62,851 nt of DNA from Clostridia bacterium (GTDB taxonomy: Bacteria; Bacillota; Clostridia; Christensenellales; DTU072), in assembly GCA_017533005.1 (NCBI GenBank), contig JAFXIQ010000001.1, positions 1-62,851 on the forward strand. Reading direction: 5' to 3'. A program made the position numbers and the translations under genes. How positions within the stretch are numbered: the stretch's first letter is position 1; the number at the start of each line of letters is the position of its first letter. Below are positions 45,065-56,200 of the stretch, piece after piece. The notes beneath the pieces are model-generated. The model was not told where the DNA came from, did not search any database, and worked only from the letters and a program-made list of their open reading frames with translations.

Positions 45065-48000
45065 TTAGTCGTTAAATACTATGTAACGAGCTTTGCGCTT
45101 TTTAGATACTGCAACTGCAATAAAGATTATAATTAATATTACTGCCACAGCGCCTATTCCTATCAAAACGTATAGCATTGTATTGCTTTCTTGAGGCTCT
45201 GCAATGACAATGTAACGAGCATTATCAACGTCGATTGCAACCTTACCATCGGATACTTTTGCATAGCTCAATACAAGGTCGCCTTCTTCCGTCATTATTA
45301 GGAACGTGAGAGTTTCTACAGATGCTAACAAATCTTCTGGGAGTACGAATTCAAAGCTAGATACGCCTAGTTTATCAACGTTCTCATCGCCGACTTTTCC
45401 TACAATTTTGTAGATAGCTTTTAACGCTGTTCCGTCTAATGAATCGTAAGCGTCTTTTGCCTTATCAAACGCATGATCAACGTTGGTCTTTTCGCCACCC
45501 TCGGTTATCTCTTCAACGCTAATTTCTACGTCGGGATTGAAGGTGCCGTTGACAACGATTTGATTGTCTTTGCTCGTTAATTTAATAGCTTTAACGGTGA
45601 AAGTAAACTTTTCATAATTTATTGTATAGTTATCTGCAGATGCGCCATAAGGTGCAATTTCGTGCACGCCGGGTTCGCTCGGGAAATCAACCTTAGGTGT
45701 GGTTGTTAAGCTACTTACGCTATCGTTTCCTACGAAACCTGTATAAATGAACGAGTAGTTAGCAGGTTCATCTCCTTCATTGATTTCCATATCTATCAAT
45801 GAAACGCTTAGTTTTGCTTTCTTAATGTTTATTGTTAAGGACGCTGTATTTTTGACAAGGTAATTTCCGTTAGAAATCTTTACGTTTACGGTATAAGTTC
45901 CTACGTTCTTGAGATTTCCTTCATATTCAATCGTTGCACCCAAATCATCGCCTTCTTCAACGCCACTGAATGAATATTGAATGCTATTTGCTACGCTACT
46001 TCCGGTGTAAGTGAACGAACTTGGAGTGCCAGCGAAACTAATTGTAATTTCTTTCTTGACGGGAAGAGCCTTTACCACAAAGGTAACTTCCGTGTAGTTT
46101 CTATCAACAGGAACAAACTTATATTCATATTCAACGTATTCTACGTTGCTGAAGTCCGGAACTGCATCGGGAGTTAGATATCCTTGCATTGAACATTCGA
46201 TATTTTCATTTACTTGCCAACCATAAATTGCGCTATAAATAGGTGCTTTTATAGCGATTTGAGGATCGATTTCCCCTATTGAGCTACCGTAAGGAACGTT
46301 AACAATTAGCGCATTATCCGTCGTAGGTGCAACGGGAACTATCTTGAGTACAGCCGAACTGTCTACTACGACTTCAGCTTTGTAGTTATTAGAAACGTGC
46401 GCAAAGTTAGTAGCTAACGCGTTGTATTGATACGTAGCATAATTATAACTCTCATAAGAAACGTATGCAGATTCACCTTCTGCACGAGCTATTTTGCCGA
46501 CAATGCTAAAGCCGATACTCTCTTCCGTATCTTCGCCAACTAATCCACTTAAGGTGTATTTGATAGCAGGGTCTTGTTCACCATATTTTTTCTCTTGAGA
46601 ATTGATAGTAACGATTATCGTTGCTTCTTCTATATCATAAATCGCACTTACGAAGTCAACTATAGCAAAGTTCTTATTTCTGCCGTCTTCATTGTTTAGC
46701 GTGCCTTGAAGAATATCATATTCGCCTACTCCTATGCCTTCTTCGCGTGAGAGTGAACCTTCTAGAACTAATTCTTCGTATCCGTCAACGGTGTATTTCA
46801 ATTCTTTGTCTTGTTCACCGTAAACGTGGCCGTCTGCAACTGCACGGACTACTATCTCTTTGGGATTAATGGTTAGCGTTGCGGACGTTTCTGTTGCGAC
46901 TATAGTGTATCCGTCGCTAACTAGCGTGCTAGCATCAAAATCAATATCATAGCTACCTGCAGGATAATCTAGCGTTGTGTCTAGTATCACGCGCTCGTCT
47001 CCAATGGTTATATAAACGTCAGGAGCAACAAAGCCTTGTGGTACAGGATTGTTTACGTCGCCATCGAAAACGAAACTATATTCGATGTCTTCACTATAAG
47101 TTGTAGTAGTAGCGGTAAGCGCTATAGTTATCTCTTTCTTTGTGATTTCTAGCGTAAAGCTCGTGGAAATTGCTTCGTAATTAGTGGTAGCGAGCTTAGT
47201 GACAATCAACTCTAACGTACCTGCTTTTGTAGGTGTCAAAACGTTGCCGTTTATCGTTGCATTGCCCGTACTAGCATCGTCTATAGTTACGCTAAATTCA
47301 CCATCTTTATCTATTGTAACTTCGTAATTCGAGCCGAAAACGTGTGTAGCTGGGCTGGTTACGGAAATATCTTCTGGAATAGCTTTATTTACTACTAGAA
47401 CGGTGGTTTCAGTCGCAGTTATATCGTAATTAGTATCGCTATTCATTGCCGTTACAACGTATTCTCCGGCGTTTATAGGAGCGGTTATAGGCGTACCGTT
47501 TTGTGAATATTCTACGGCTAAAATTACCTTGTTCTTATTAACGTCTAGATAATATGCATTAACCGTCTTTTCGCTACCATCATAAGAAACGTTGTTGACG
47601 TTCTCATAAGTAACGCTTACTTTTCTTGGAACAACGTTAATGTTTACGTAACTTACGTTTAAGTGGCTAGCGTCGTTGAGTTTTCCGTCTTCGTTTCTAA
47701 ATACTACTTCGTAGTAAGCAGAGCCCGTGGTGCAAGTAACTGCCATCTTATAGCTACCTACGTTACCACCTGTTACACCACCGTCTTCTATAAAATCAAA
47801 CGCGAGTTCACATTTTTCGAGTTTGGGGTCGTCCTTGTTTTCCAACGCATAAGTGGGAGCAACTAGTGCGCCTACGTACTCCATATCACGGTTGATTACA
47901 TTTACGTAAAGCGTTCTCTTGGTTATAACGCCGTTAGCCGTTACTTCTGTAGGAACTTCGTAGTTAGCAGCGTCTGCACCTGTCAAGCTATACCTTATCT

Positions 48001-50701
48001 TTACCGATGCATTCGTATCAATTGCAGCATTTACGAAAGCTATTTCCGCATTAACAACAACGTCGTCGTTGCCATAAATACCACTTATACCTACGCTCTC
48101 GCTGTCAAGCGGGTCTTTTCTTGTTTGGTCAACGGTTGTCGGTATGTAGACGTTTCTAGTTCCGTCGTATTCCTTTTGGAGCGTTACTGCGCTAACGGGA
48201 ACTTCTATCGTTCTTGCTTTCAAAATGCTAAATTCAAACTTGCGAATACCAACTTGAACTTGATTGCCGTTCGACATACGCTTGAAAATAACGTTCAAAG
48301 CGTAGCTTTGTCCATTAACGTTAGCTTTTACCGGAGGAGTAATATTATCATAAGCTACACTAGCACGGAAGTCGCCTTCATCTATCGTATCCGCCGTTAA
48401 GTCGTTGGGAAGTGTAGTTATCTTGGTAATATCAAAAGTCGTAGGTGTGCCGTCGTAGAACTTTTGCTCAAGAATAGCGTCACTCGTCCAACTAATTGAG
48501 TTAACGTCTATTGCCAACGATTTAGCGTCTTTTGGCATTGTAGTGCTATATAACAACGAACCTGCTTGTCCTGCCGTATATATGCCGGTGCTTTCGACTA
48601 GAGCAGAGCTCTCATTGTAAAAGTCAACTGATTTAACGAAATATGAATCGGGGATGCTAATAGTTACTACCACCGATTGTCCTTCATAAAATTCGTTATA
48701 ATCTCCGTTAACGCTCATAGTTACACCGTAATTCGGCTCGATTAGTTCAAGTTCTTTTACGAAACGTGCGTAAACGGTATCCGTTCTCGAAGTTATATTT
48801 CTGTCCGGACTGTAGCTGGTATTACGTGTAACAACTTCTTCGTTAGAACGTCTGAATTGCGCTTTCCAATCAGCATCGATGCCTTTATCGGTAAACGTTA
48901 TAGTACCGTCGTTAGCTTTGGTAGCTACTATCGCGCCGTTATTTACGTCTACTATCAAAACGTTGCCTTGGTTGTTTGTTGAAGTAAATCTGTTTGTTTC
49001 GCCTTCAATTTTTGTATCTGCAACGTACCAAACGTTCGTCATTGTGGGTTGAGATGCACTAATTGCACCGATTATACCGTAGAATTGTGGATAAGCAACT
49101 TCTACCGTTTGCGTAAACTTCGCTAAACTCAAAACGTCTTTAAGCGCGCCACTATACGCTTGACCTACGATACCACCAACTTGATTTCTACCTTGAACGT
49201 TAGCACTAGACTTAACGTTTTCTATCGTAGCACCATAAGAATATCCTGCTACGCTACCAACGTTTTCCGTACCTACGAAAGTGCAAGTTTCGTCAAGATT
49301 GAGATTCTTAACTTTTGCGCTCATACCGAGCGAGCCGAACATTCCTACGTAGCTAAAGTAGCTCTCTTCACCCGTAGTTGTGTAATCGACTTTCATATTA
49401 GAAATCGTCTTGTTATTGCCGTCAAACGTGCCTTGGAAATCCCTTCTCAAATTATAGTTGCCTATCATATCAAAGTTTTCGCCTTGCATATCGACATCTT
49501 TTGTTAAACGGAAGAAACAACCTGCGTAATTTTGAGCCTTCTCGTTAACAGCCCAAGCTAGATTGTCTAGTTCTTGCCTACTCGTGATAAGGTATGGATT
49601 CTCTTCTGAACCCCAAACTCCAAACTTACCATCGTATCCGTAACGGCGAATAGCTACGCTATTACGATAGAAATAATTAACGTCGTAATCTGGTGAAGCA
49701 GGAACGTGTTTCTTGAGCGCAGGTGCATAATAAGCAGAATGGTCCGTGGTGCTATATTCTCTTACCCAAGCCGAGTTGTCAGCGATTTCATCGAACAAAT
49801 CTCTTATAGTTAGGCTTTGGAATTCTTCTTGTGTTAAAGCACAAACTTTATTTTGTTTGTCGTTAATGTCTTCTACGACTTCTTGGTCTATACAGTCGTT
49901 ACTGCCGTAACCTATCGCTTTTAGCGTGGGATTCAATACCCCGTCAAAATAACAGAAAACCGGTGTAACTACACGGCTATCGCCATCTCTACCACCTATA
50001 ACGCCACCAACGTTAACAGCGTTAGCGAGTTTACTGTAAACTTGACTCAAACTATATGAATTGGTTAGGGTTGCAGTATTTTTACCAACTATACCACCAA
50101 CAAAATAGTGATTAGAAACAACTTGTCCCGAAGAATATGACGTTGAAACTTCGCCTTCGTTAAGACCGACAACGCCACCAACGTTTCTGTAACCTTCAAC
50201 TTTGCCGTTGAAGAAAGAATTTTTAACCTTACCTTGGTTGTAACCAACGATACCACCAACGTTATTAGAACTTGTATTGACAACGCTAGCGCCGTAAACA
50301 CCTAGTCCATCGATTAATGCTGATTCAGCCGTATATCCAAAAACGCCTGTATTTGTTACGGAAAGATTGTATATTACGTGCCCGTTACCATTGAACGTGC
50401 CTTGGAAAGGTTTGGTTGATACGTATCCTATCGCAGTGAACGACTCGTCTTGCATATTTACGTCGGCAGTCAATGAATAAACTTTATCGGCATTAGTGCC
50501 TTCGTTTATCCAAGATGCAAAGGTCTTTAACTCGGTAGCATTAGAGATAACGAAGGGATTTTTCTCCGTTCCTTCGCCGTTCAATACTCCGTCTGCGAAA
50601 GCATCTTGCGTAGGTGCGCGCATAATAAAAAAGCTACAAATGATTAGCGCAACTAGCACTAACAAAATAGGTATTAAGCGTGTTATTTTCCTTTTAGTCA
50701 T
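45065..50701 (-). CDS. 1878-aa surface protein: two GLUG-motif beta-helix-like modules + YDG/MBG repeat array + C-terminal TM tail anchor
   Basis: I prefer ATG 50701 (MTKRKITRLIPILLVLVALIICSFFIM signal). There are two copies of the NPF.I....L..........Y.L..D..M....F..IG....F.GTF.GNGH.I.N pattern, each followed by GG(I/V)VG......(N/S)...-type GLUG repeats. Later come many K.YDG and K.YGE.DP modules. The C-terminus is LYVLIGIGAVAVILIIIFIAVAVSKKRKAR, with no LPXTG. Confidence 0.85.
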   Translation of the reverse strand: MTKRKITRLIPILLVLVALIICSFFIMRAPTQDAFADGVLNGEGTEKNPFVISNATELKTFASWINEGTNADKVYSLTADVNMQDESFTAIGYVSTKPFQGTFNGNGHVIYNLSVTNTGVFGYTAESALIDGLGVYGASVVNTSSNNVGGIVGYNQGKVKNSFFNGKVEGYRNVGGVVGLNEGEVSTSYSSGQVVSNHYFVGGIVGKNTATLTNSYSLSQVYSKLANAVNVGGVIGGRDGDSRVVTPVFCYFDGVLNPTLKAIGYGSNDCIDQEVVEDINDKQNKVCALTQEEFQSLTIRDLFDEIADNSAWVREYSTTDHSAYYAPALKKHVPASPDYDVNYFYRNSVAIRRYGYDGKFGVWGSEENPYLITSRQELDNLAWAVNEKAQNYAGCFFRLTKDVDMQGENFDMIGNYNLRRDFQGTFDGNNKTISNMKVDYTTTGEESYFSYVGMFGSLGMSAKVKNLNLDETCTFVGTENVGSVAGYSYGATIENVKSSANVQGRNQVGGIVGQAYSGALKDVLSLAKFTQTVEVAYPQFYGIIGAISASQPTMTNVWYVADTKIEGETNRFTSTNNQGNVLIVDVNNGAIVATKANDGTITFTDKGIDADWKAQFRRSNEEVVTRNTSYSPDRNITSRTDTVYARFVKELELIEPNYGVTMSVNGDYNEFYEGQSVVVTISIPDSYFVKSVDFYNESSALVESTGIYTAGQAGSLLYSTTMPKDAKSLAIDVNSISWTSDAILEQKFYDGTPTTFDITKITTLPNDLTADTIDEGDFRASVAYDNITPPVKANVNGQSYALNVIFKRMSNGNQVQVGIRKFEFSILKARTIEVPVSAVTLQKEYDGTRNVYIPTTVDQTRKDPLDSESVGISGIYGNDDVVVNAEIAFVNAAIDTNASVKIRYSLTGADAANYEVPTEVTANGVITKRTLYVNVINRDMEYVGALVAPTYALENKDDPKLEKCELAFDFIEDGGVTGGNVGSYKMAVTCTTGSAYYEVVFRNEDGKLNDASHLNVSYVNINVVPRKVSVTYENVNNVSYDGSEKTVNAYYLDVNKNKVILAVEYSQNGTPITAPINAGEYVVTAMNSDTNYDITATETTVLVVNKAIPEDISVTSPATHVFGSNYEVTIDKDGEFSVTIDDASTGNATINGNVLTPTKAGTLELIVTKLATTNYEAISTSFTLEITKKEITIALTATTTTYSEDIEYSFVFDGDVNNPVPQGFVAPDVYITIGDERVILDTTLDYPAGSYDIDFDASTLVSDGYTIVATETSATLTINPKEIVVRAVADGHVYGEQDKELKYTVDGYEELVLEGSLSREEGIGVGEYDILQGTLNNEDGRNKNFAIVDFVSAIYDIEEATIIVTINSQEKKYGEQDPAIKYTLSGLVGEDTEESIGFSIVGKIARAEGESAYVSYESYNYATYQYNALATNFAHVSNNYKAEVVVDSSAVLKIVPVAPTTDNALIVNVPYGSSIGEIDPQIAIKAPIYSAIYGWQVNENIECSMQGYLTPDAVPDFSNVEYVEYEYKFVPVDRNYTEVTFVVKALPVKKEITISFAGTPSSFTYTGSSVANSIQYSFSGVEEGDDLGATIEYEGNLKNVGTYTVNVKISNGNYLVKNTASLTINIKKAKLSVSLIDMEINEGDEPANYSFIYTGFVGNDSVSSLTTTPKVDFPSEPGVHEIAPYGASADNYTINYEKFTFTVKAIKLTSKDNQIVVNGTFNPDVEISVEEITEGGEKTNVDHAFDKAKDAYDSLDGTALKAIYKIVGKVGDENVDKLGVSSFEFVLPEDLLASVETLTFLIMTEEGDLVLSYAKVSDGKVAIDVDNARYIVIAEPQESNTMLYVLIGIGAVAVILIIIFIAVAVSKKRKARYIVFND

Positions 50702-50748
50702 ATTCCTTTCCTGTCCACTCGGCGTTTTGCCACATAATATACTCCTAA

Positions 50749-50777
50749 AGTTTACCACAAAACTTTGCCATTTTCAA
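50749..50777 (-). promoter_or_regulatory. candidate sigma70-like promoter of the GLUG/MBG gene
   Basis: On the - strand: TTGAAA (50777-50772), 17 nt, TAAACT (50754-50749). Caveat: the predicted transcription start would fall inside the SD of the upstream small ORF (see findings). Confidence 0.4.
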
Positions 50778-50804
50778 TAGACATTTGTAATTTTATTAAA
50801 TAAA

Positions 50805-50819
50805 GTGCGCGTGCGCATA
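50805..50819. repeat. CG-rich alternating purine-pyrimidine tract with CGCGTGCG core
   Basis: GTGCGCGTGCGCATA. The core lies at 50808-50815, 27 nt upstream of the candidate -35 and directly downstream of the preceding gene's terminator. Confidence 0.8.
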
Positions 50820-50850
50820 AAAAAACGACCGAAAGCGTTAACTTTCGGTC
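50819..50850 (-). terminator. rho-independent terminator after the 762-aa gene
   Basis: GACCGAAAG-TTAACG-CTTTCGGTC (9-bp stem) followed by T7 on the - strand. Confidence 0.8.
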
Positions 50851-50904
50851 AAAATCATTGTTTTCTATTAAGATTTTTCAGTCTATCTTCCGCAAAAATT
50901 TACT

Positions 50905-53193
50905 TTATTTTACGATAACGATAAGTCCACCGTGTGCTTTTAGCTTAAACGGCTTACCCAAGTTGACTTTTTTCTTCTTTTGCAATCCGGTAATTTGTGG
51001 AGCGTAAACCTTCTTACCAACGGTTGTATAACCTAGTTTGTTTTCAATACCTACTTCAAATTCAATCTTCTTGTCCGAAGTATTGAAAAATACGGCAACC
51101 ATCTTACCACCGTTTATATAGCTAGAACAAAGTATGCTCTTATTATCGACACGAACGGGGTTCAAGCTGTCCCAAAAGCCTTTAAAGTTGCTTTCACTTA
51201 TACCAACGGCGTCGATTTCCTTGTATAAATCGCTTAAAGCTTCACTAACCGTGCCGTCCTTGCCATACGTCGTAGTCATTGCATACAACATACTCTCCAC
51301 TATCGAACTTCCGTCTGCGCTCTCTGCCGAAACACCGAAAGGTACGCCTGAATATAGAAGGAATTTTTCGTCAAGGTTAATCGTCTTGTAATCCATAACT
51401 TCCTTCTTCATCATCTTGTCAACGAATGGCAATACAGAAACGTAATCGATAACGGATAAAGTGTTACCGTTAGCCTCGTTAGCCCTATCCGACATAACAA
51501 GACTGAATGCACGTGGTATTGCAGTCTTTCTATCTAGAACCTTATTAACTCTTTCAGCTAGATTTCTGTTAAAAGACGGATCTAGCGCGGTAACACCGTT
51601 GAGTCCTACGTTAGAAATAAGATATTGTAGTGATTCTACGTAGTAGTTGCCGGCAACTCCATCGCCTATTAAACGAACTTTTTTATCGTTACATACCGTG
51701 GTCATTCCGTCGATATTCGTGTAGATATTAGCCTCTATATTGTTATCCGGAATTTCTCCTAACGTATAGTCTATGGAAACGCCAATTCCCTTCTTATGGG
51801 CTTCTAAAGATATGTTTTTGAGCTCCCTTACTCTATCAAACGGATAGTTTACTATATTGTAGAGCTTGGTGCCGTATTGCACGTTCAATAGGTGCATTTT
51901 GTCATTTACAGCGCGATCAATCATTTCTGAATAATTGCGCTCAACGTTATCTTGTCCCACTCTTGTACCGAAAGATTTTTTCATATCTAATGCTTTGAAA
52001 GGAGTGAGATAGATTTCAAAATTGAAGGTGATTTCTGCACCTGCAACTAGTACGATACGTCCGGTATGTGCAGAAAATTCTAGCCCTTCATCGGTAGGCA
52101 TTACAAGCGTATAGCCCTTGCCATGGTTATCCCAACCGTCAACGGGTACGTCGCGATTTACACAGTTGTACGGACTAACAAGCGTTTGTTTATCGCTAGA
52201 CTTCATTCTAATTACAGCGCCACAGTTCACGTCGCCTGCAAATAGCGTTGATTTCATTACGCCGTCGGCGAAAGTTCTCTTTTCTTCAGCGTTAGGCTTG
52301 CCGATTTTTCCGTTAAAAGCAACGAATCTTGTGCAAGCATAATGAGCTACTAAAGCTACGTCGGGAATAACGACGTCTTTTTCCGCAATAAGCTTAACCG
52401 CATATTCAAGATATCCCTCGTAACGTGCGGTTGCTCTTACTTCTACTCTCAAACTGTCGCTCTTACCCTCGGAAGCTAACGTTGCCGTATGGAAACGGTT
52501 GGAAATCTTGAGTCTATTGTATTTGACTTTTTGACCTTGTATGAGAAATTCCATAGGTCTATAGAATAGCGACTTATTACATTCCATATCAATAGCGTTA
52601 GATTCCGTGAAATGGCTCTCAACGTTATCAATCATACCACCTGTTGCAAACGCTACTTTTTTACCCGTGAAAGATAAAGTGTTTTTCTCGGTAGATATAG
52701 CATCGTAACCTTTTACGGTAGCTTTATTAACAGCCCTATTCGAATGCAACCACTTAAGTCTAGCTAGGCTCGCACCATAATCTGCGCCTTCGTTAAAAAC
52801 AAGCTCATCCGTAACGGTAAACTTTAACGTAACGATTTCTCCGTCAAGACTAATCTTGGTTATATAACTGCCGACTTGTGCTTTTGAAAAATCTATACCG
52901 AAAAATAGTGGCAATGGTTTTTTTGCAACGACCTTTAGCGTTCTTCTCGCTTTGCCGTTATCGGTATTAAAGCATACTACTGCCTTTTTATTCTCGTCTT
53001 TCTCGCCTACAAGCGGAAAGGTTTCTACTGCGAAGTTTTCTTTGTTATAGTCAACTATTGCAACAAGTTGACATACGAAATACTCGTGCCTTGATACTAC
53101 GTAGCTGTAACTATTTGAGCCTTCTAAATTCAATAATTCTTTTTCGAATTTGCTATCTACTATAGCAGTTCTCTCTACTGAAAATACTTTCAT
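50905..53193 (-). CDS. 762-aa conserved-looking hypothetical protein, possibly a glycoside hydrolase (no signal peptide)
   Basis: Long clean ORF with a GGAG SD. Beta-rich N-terminal half, a central region that could be a TIM barrel and a C-terminal beta-sandwich-like tail (MVAVFFNTSDKKIEFEV...LKAHGGLIVIV). Sits beside the GH2 gene. I could anchor no catalytic motif. Confidence 0.5.
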   Translation of the reverse strand: MKVFSVERTAIVDSKFEKELLNLEGSNSYSYVVSRHEYFVCQLVAIVDYNKENFAVETFPLVGEKDENKKAVVCFNTDNGKARRTLKVVAKKPLPLFFGIDFSKAQVGSYITKISLDGEIVTLKFTVTDELVFNEGADYGASLARLKWLHSNRAVNKATVKGYDAISTEKNTLSFTGKKVAFATGGMIDNVESHFTESNAIDMECNKSLFYRPMEFLIQGQKVKYNRLKISNRFHTATLASEGKSDSLRVEVRATARYEGYLEYAVKLIAEKDVVIPDVALVAHYACTRFVAFNGKIGKPNAEEKRTFADGVMKSTLFAGDVNCGAVIRMKSSDKQTLVSPYNCVNRDVPVDGWDNHGKGYTLVMPTDEGLEFSAHTGRIVLVAGAEITFNFEIYLTPFKALDMKKSFGTRVGQDNVERNYSEMIDRAVNDKMHLLNVQYGTKLYNIVNYPFDRVRELKNISLEAHKKGIGVSIDYTLGEIPDNNIEANIYTNIDGMTTVCNDKKVRLIGDGVAGNYYVESLQYLISNVGLNGVTALDPSFNRNLAERVNKVLDRKTAIPRAFSLVMSDRANEANGNTLSVIDYVSVLPFVDKMMKKEVMDYKTINLDEKFLLYSGVPFGVSAESADGSSIVESMLYAMTTTYGKDGTVSEALSDLYKEIDAVGISESNFKGFWDSLNPVRVDNKSILCSSYINGGKMVAVFFNTSDKKIEFEVGIENKLGYTTVGKKVYAPQITGLQKKKKVNLGKPFKLKAHGGLIVIVK

Positions 53194-53217
53194 TTTTACT
53201 CCGTTGATTAGTTGTTT

Positions 53218-56200
53218 TTAGTCGTTAATTGCCTTAAATGGTATGATTTGGAAACCGTAACTATACGATTTGTTTGCCGTAAGTTGATATTCTTGTAAAG
53301 TCATAGGTCCACAGCTGTTGCTTCCTACTCCGAGCATATATCCGTCGATGGCAACGTAATTCGTGTCCTCAAGCTTAACGTCTTCCTGATGCTTGTATTC
53401 TGCAAGCGCGGTGTCTGATACGCGCTTTACGTTGAAGTTAAAGGGTTTGTCTTGAGCTAAAATCATTATGCCTTCGCCTTTTGCATTCTTTATAGCTGCA
53501 TATCTAACGTCAGTACGGTTGCCACTCTCTTGTGGTCTAATATACTTTTGCATAAAGTCGTCTACGTTTCTACGATATACGCCTAGTCTTGATTGTTCTT
53601 TAAAATCAGGATAGCATTCGTAATCACCGTAACCATAGTATATTACGTCGTTAAACTCTTTCTTAAGCTCAAGAGTTTTACCTATTCTAGGTATAAGTGG
53701 CATACCTTTTGCAATAGGTTTCAAAGTAGATTTAACGCGTATAGCACCGTTACCGTCAACAATATATTTATCTTCTACGTTAAATAACACTCTGCCTTTA
53801 TGCGACAAGTTGACTTTTGATTGTACCACTACAAAAGTATCGAAGTTGTAGGCTTCTATATCCGCGCATTCTGCAACAAGGTCTTTATAGCCCCATTTAT
53901 TCCAAGCCTTTTTGATATTCATATCGTTATCAATAGGCGCTCTATAAATAGACGTATACATCTTGCCGTTTCTGTTGCCACCTCTTTCAAACGCACCCTC
54001 TGCCAAATACTCGTTGTTATCAATCTTATAACTTATGATTGCGCCTGAATGCTTATCGAAACGTACGCTACCATATCCGAAGTCTACGACAACTAGGTTA
54101 GAAGTTTCCGTCAAGCTCGGTTTTTTTGCTCTAGGCAAGTCTATTTTGGTAGGTGCTTCTTTTAACGTCAAACCTTTGCTTGCAACGAGTTTTTCGCCGT
54201 CGTAATAGTCAAGGTTAAGGCTAGCATCAGTTCCTGCTACGATATCAAAATTCAAATTGTATCTTCTGGTTTCGCCTGCTTCTATATCAGATGGAAGTTC
54301 AAACGTATACGCTCTTTCGCCTTCCACAAGTATAGTACCTTTAATCGTTAGGTATGAAGCGTTACGGAACGCTAGTCTATTAGTGATTTCTATCATTCCT
54401 GCGCCTACCATCTTGGCAGTTAGCGGGCTATAGACGTTTTTCATTTGATATGCGCCCGTATGTGGCGTTCTATCAGGATAGAACAATCCGTCTACGCAGA
54501 AGTTTCCGTCGTGTCTATATTCGCCATGATCCCCGCCATACGTCCACTTATAAGGTTTATCAGCCTCGTGTTTAACAGCGTGGTCAACCATTTCCCAAAT
54601 ACAACCACCCATTAACGCGTCGTATCTATAGAAAACGTCCCAATATTCCTTTAAATTGCCTGCGCCTACGCCCATAGCGTGCGCGTACTCGCACATGAAG
54701 AACGGCATCTTTTTATAAACGCTACTCTTGCGAACAATTCCGGGAGGCATGGTTTTGCCTTCGCCGATTTTCTTGAGCCAATTAATTGACGTATACATAG
54801 TAGAACAAACGTCGTAACCCGTTCTAGGATATACGCATGCACGTTCATAGTGAATCGGTATAGCAGTTTTCTTTTTGAGAAGTGTATAGCAATAGTCTTG
54901 GCATTTAATACCACCCGATTCGTTACCGAGCGACCACATCGTTATAGACGGTGAGTTACGGTCTCTCATATACATATTTTCAACTCTATCCCAATAATGT
55001 TCTCTCCACCTTCTCTTATTAGAAATTTGCCCCTTAGTCTTAGTGCCGTGAGTTTCTATATCAGCTTCATCAATGATATAAATACCATATTGGTCGGCAT
55101 ATTCTATAAGCGCAGGGTCTGGTGGATAGTGTGACGTTCTAATTGCATTGACGTTGAAATCTTTGCAGAGTTTTATATCTCTCTCGATTTCTTCAACCGT
55201 CATATAATATCCGTTAACGTCACTAGTATCGTGATGGTTTACGCCACGAATTTTTATCTTTTTACCATTGAAAAGGAAAACTCTTTTGTTTATCGTGATA
55301 GTCTTAAAGCCTACTTTCTTCTTAATACATTCTAAAATTCTGCCCGTTTTTACTAGCTTAATCGTAAGGTCATACAAGTAAGGCTCTTCTGCGTTCCATT
55401 CTTTTACTACTAAACTATCAAAGGCTACGGTTGTCCTTGTTTTAGCTTCTACACTACGCATCGCAACTACTTTGCCTTTGTCTTGTAAAGTAACAACAAC
55501 GGTTGCTCCATCGGGGGCTTTTACGTCTACGTTAACTATTGCATCATAAAAATCAGCGCGTTTAGTCGTATTAAATTCAAAATCGTATACGTAACTCTTT
55601 TCGTTCACAAACAACAATACGTCACGGAAAATACCGTTGTTTCTAAACATATCTTGGTCTTCTAAATAGCTACCCGTGCACCATTTATAAACGATAACAA
55701 CGAGTTCGTTTTGTCCTAGTTGTAAGTAGCTGTTTATATCGTATTCAGCCGTGTTGTGCGAAACTTCACTATAGCCTACGTATTTACCATTCAAATAGAT
55801 TTCTCCACAAGAAGAAATTCCCAAAAACGATAAAATATACTCTTTATCTAGCGTTTCGATATCAAAAAACTTACGATAAACGCCTACACTATTGTATTGT
55901 TTACCATTCAAAACGTAACTTTCACCGTCGACAGCATCTTTGTACGTGCCTTGTGCACTCGTGGGAACTTTAGGCGGTTTTACCTTAAACGGATATTTAA
56001 CATTGGTATAGACAGGTGGCTCGTATCCCGTAAATTGCCAGCAAGAAGGTACTTTTACCTTGTCAAAATTCATCGCATCGGTATCAAGAACCTTGGGTAA
56101 ATCTTGCACACGACTAAAATACTTAAAGTCCCATTCTCCATTTAAGCACTTGACCTTGTCGCTAACGTAACGTTTGTTAGCGATTGTAGCACTTTGAGCC

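Noticed and set aside
33860-50701. Sortase (LPXTG) anchoring of the large surface proteins
   Set aside because: I scanned the C-termini and found no LPXTG-like motif followed by a hydrophobic segment and positive tail. The LPVTE at the middle of the 1221-aa protein is internal and not followed by Gly or a TM segment.
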